Below, one piece after another: positions 61,086 to 64,000 of a DNA stretch of 64,000 nt. The notes under the pieces were generated by a model. It was not told the DNA's origin, did no database searches, and saw only the letters and a program-made list of their open reading frames with translations. How positions within the stretch are numbered: the stretch's first letter is position 1; every line of letters starts with the position of its first letter. A program made the translations under genes and the position numbers. Origin of the DNA: Camelus dromedarius (taxonomy: Eukaryota); NCBI RefSeq assembly GCF_036321535.1, contig NC_087436.1, forward strand, positions 47,742,001 through 47,806,000, written 5' to 3'.

Positions 61086-63189
61086 AGTAACATTGTCCTA
61101 AACAAACGCGAAAAAAATTCTATCAGAAATTTCTCCAAGTAAATACTGGAATACATAATTTTTTTGTGCTTTTATGTCAAAGCAGTGTTTTCAGTTCTAA
61201 TAATGGTAATTTAAGTGTTAACATATCTTTTTACATATGTGTCTGTGTACATATGCATATTCCTAATTCATGGTCACGTGTTAGAAATGACTAAATATGC
61301 TAAATATATCTGTAATTAATATTTTGAGTGCTTTTGTGATTCTTGGATGTGTAAGTATTTACATTATTTTTTTCTGTTGGAGTTTCAGAAATAGAGTTTT
61401 AGTTTCATTCAAATTCATTGAAGATGCACAAATATTCCAGGAGATCTCTTTTACTCCAATTCCTCTGTTTTGAGTTTTTTGCTCAAATTGAAAAAGGTAA
61501 AAAATTTTCAGATTTCAAAAGAGAGCAAAAATTAAGTAAAACAAATCTAACATAAGTTTTTCTGTTTCCTTCAGATCTAAGAAATAGGTTGATGTGACTA
61601 TTTGAAAACAAGATGGTATTCCAGTACCTCTTAATGCTGTTAAATAAAGCTTGACATTGAAATGAAAAGGATTCTCTTACATAGTGAAGTTTTGTTTTGT
61701 TTTGTTTTAGTTCTAGGAAGGTATGATTAAATGACTGTTTCATATATTGGTTTTCTAACTGAGTACTCTTTGTTTCTTTCAAACCAATTTACTTTTGAGA
61801 AGATATCTTTGTTTTGTGAAAGGATTAATTCTAAAAACAGTTATGGTTATTATTTATATCTAAGAAAACCTCATGCAAAAAGCAAAATTGTAAATTTTTG
61901 TTTACATTCTAAAGGAGTAGTCCTTTTCTAATAAAAAATGTGTTTGAATTAATGTCTAAATATTAATGTATTTCTAAAAATGCATTGGGGGCTTATGTGA
62001 ACATTTTGACAACCAGTAGAAGAAACAAAGAGCAAAAGCCTTGAATGCCTAGATGGTATGTACCATTAGTCACTTCATCTGCTCAGCTCACGTATACGTT
62101 ACTTCTCATTTTGTGAAGCTGCCATCACGTATAACACCAGCATATGTTTGCCATATGCTTTTTTATCCTTGAGTTTGTTGCCTGGATAGTACATACAGTC
62201 CCTAACACAGAATGTATTTAAAATATGGTAAATGGGTCATCATTATAGTAATTCCAAACAAAGGGCAACAAAATACAACATTAAGAGATAGAAAAGAAGA
62301 GATATTCTTTCACCAAATGAAAACCCAATTTCCCTTAAATTATTACACCTAGCTATATTTTGATATTTTCCATTGAGACACTTTGTTCCCTAAGATCAAG
62401 ATTTCAGTTTAGCATTGCCCTGAAGATTTGTAGGAGATTATAAAAGACTCAAAATAGGAAATGTTTTATTTCTACTATGTACTTTTTCTGATACATTATA
62501 AACACACAGGCCTCTCAGGGAAAAGTGAGCCTCTGTGGGCCTCAGTCTTTTTTTTCAGGAAATCAAACTTTAAGTGAGCCTGTATCAAAATCACGTGGAT
62601 CCAATCACTATGGAAATATTTTTGTAACTGCTTCCTGTAGTTAGTGCAGAAGCATTGGTATTTTATATATATGCACCAAGGTTTTCCAAATTTGGCCTCT
62701 TTTGGAACACAACACCAAGGGTCAAATCCAATAACCATGGATAGAGCAGAAATCTCTACACAGCAAAAGATCTCTGAGACTCGGCCAGTGGCTTCCTAAT
62801 TTTAAACTATAGGAAAATCCAAATTTGTCCAAAATTTAACTTGTATTTAGGCAAACAATTTTTATAAGAAGCTTATTAAAAGGCTATCTGCCCTGGTTTG
62901 ATGTTCAGCCTTACAGACTGAAAGCCTTGATGGAGGAAAGGAATGAAATAAGGTAATTAAGAGAAAGGTGGGGAAAATAGGAAAGTAAGTAAAGAGACAA
63001 GAGGTGAGACTTCTCACCAGCAAATGTCTCAAGTGTCAAATGAGAGTTTATCTAACCCTGGTCAGAGGGTCCGGCCAAAGGGAGACCCCAAACTAGAAGT
63101 AACTTATCGATAGAAGGAAGCCATAAAGATGTTCCGTCCAGCATACTTCGATATTTTCAATGAAAGAACTGCCCTTTAGACCCTTACTC

Positions 63190-63250
63190 TGTTTTTTGTT
63201 GTTGTCGTCGATGTTGTTGTTGTTGTTGTTATTGCTATTGTTGTTATTTG
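63190..63250. repeat. Imperfect (TTG)n trinucleotide repeat
   Basis: 'ttgttgttgtcgtcgatgttgttgttgttgttgttattgctattgttgtt'. Confidence 0.9.
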
Positions 63251-64000
63251 GCAGGTTTTTTTCCACCTGCATCTGTACACAAAACATAAATAGCCCAGCC
63301 ACACAATAACATCTTGCCAATATATTTTATACATTTACTTGCTGTTATTTTGATTGGTGAACTTATTATTTTATGTTTTAGGGTTTTAAAAAGTGTTCAT
63401 ATGTTACAGGCTCCCAATTTCTTTTAAAACTGGGTTTTGTGTCACAGTAGCTCCAATGCTTACTTGTATGTGAACTTCATATCTTACAAATGGCATATCC
63501 TTAACTTAGTAGGTGATGCAGTTCTGTGGGCCTGTGGGTTAGTTGCCCCAAGACTGGTGCATTCCTTTACAGCTTTTCTTTTGATTCCAGGCCTTTTTCT
63601 TGTTTAGGAAACTTTACTATGTTTAAATATTCATAGGATACCAGGTCCCAGTAGGCATCTCTGTACTCTGCTAAAATTGCATTAAATTCTTTTGTAGTCA
63701 AGGGAGTACATTTACTAATTTACAGAAGTGAAATAACGAAAATGGTTTGCTCCTTCTGCAGATTACTAAACTGATGGCAAGGCTCTAATACTTTTTACCA
63801 TGCTTAAAGAACTTTTATATATCTTATCTCATTGGGTTTACTAAGGCAAAGAAATCAGTGCTCAAATGACCACTTTGGTAAATACAAACTCGAAGAGCCT
63901 AACAAAGAGGTAATCCATCCAGGCCACCAGGAGCCCGTTGAAGTTTCCTTCCCACTCTGAGTAGTTGTAGGCAGTATAATTTGATTTGAGATTACTGCAT

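Noticed and set aside
1..64000. Protein-coding gene or novel multi-gene system from the ORF track
   Set aside because: All ORFs are 154 aa or shorter, many use non-ATG starts or overlap repeats, and none resembles a protein I recognise apart from decayed L1 ORF2.

Overview
AT-rich, CpG-depleted mammalian genomic DNA that reads as intronic or intergenic. It is most likely a camelid (Camelus/Vicugna/Lama). The evidence is two young L1 3'-end copies that match my recollection of the camelid L1 3'UTR, and the absence of Alu, B1/B2, Bov-tA/BovB, PRE1, CHR, ERE or SINEC elements. I could not identify a protein-coding exon, RNA gene, CpG island or CRISPR array, and I could not name the host locus. 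The listed ORFs are chance ORFs, microsatellite translations or decayed L1 ORF2 pieces. The window is a mosaic of old eutherian repeats (L2, MIR, L1M/HAL1, CR1/L3, MLT1, LTR16, MER2, hAT elements), two TSD-flanked young L1 tails, and long microsatellites. I found no evidence of a new multi-gene system. The best leads are small-scale: a candidate recursive splice site (22067/22068), candidate micro-exons, a strong CTCF motif, an inverted MLT1-MLT1 fusion junction, an 80-bp L1 'filler' at an apparent deletion, and two L1 copies truncated at the same G-rich point. Repeat families were assigned from memory of consensus sequences, and old-repeat boundaries are approximate (about +/-30 bp).
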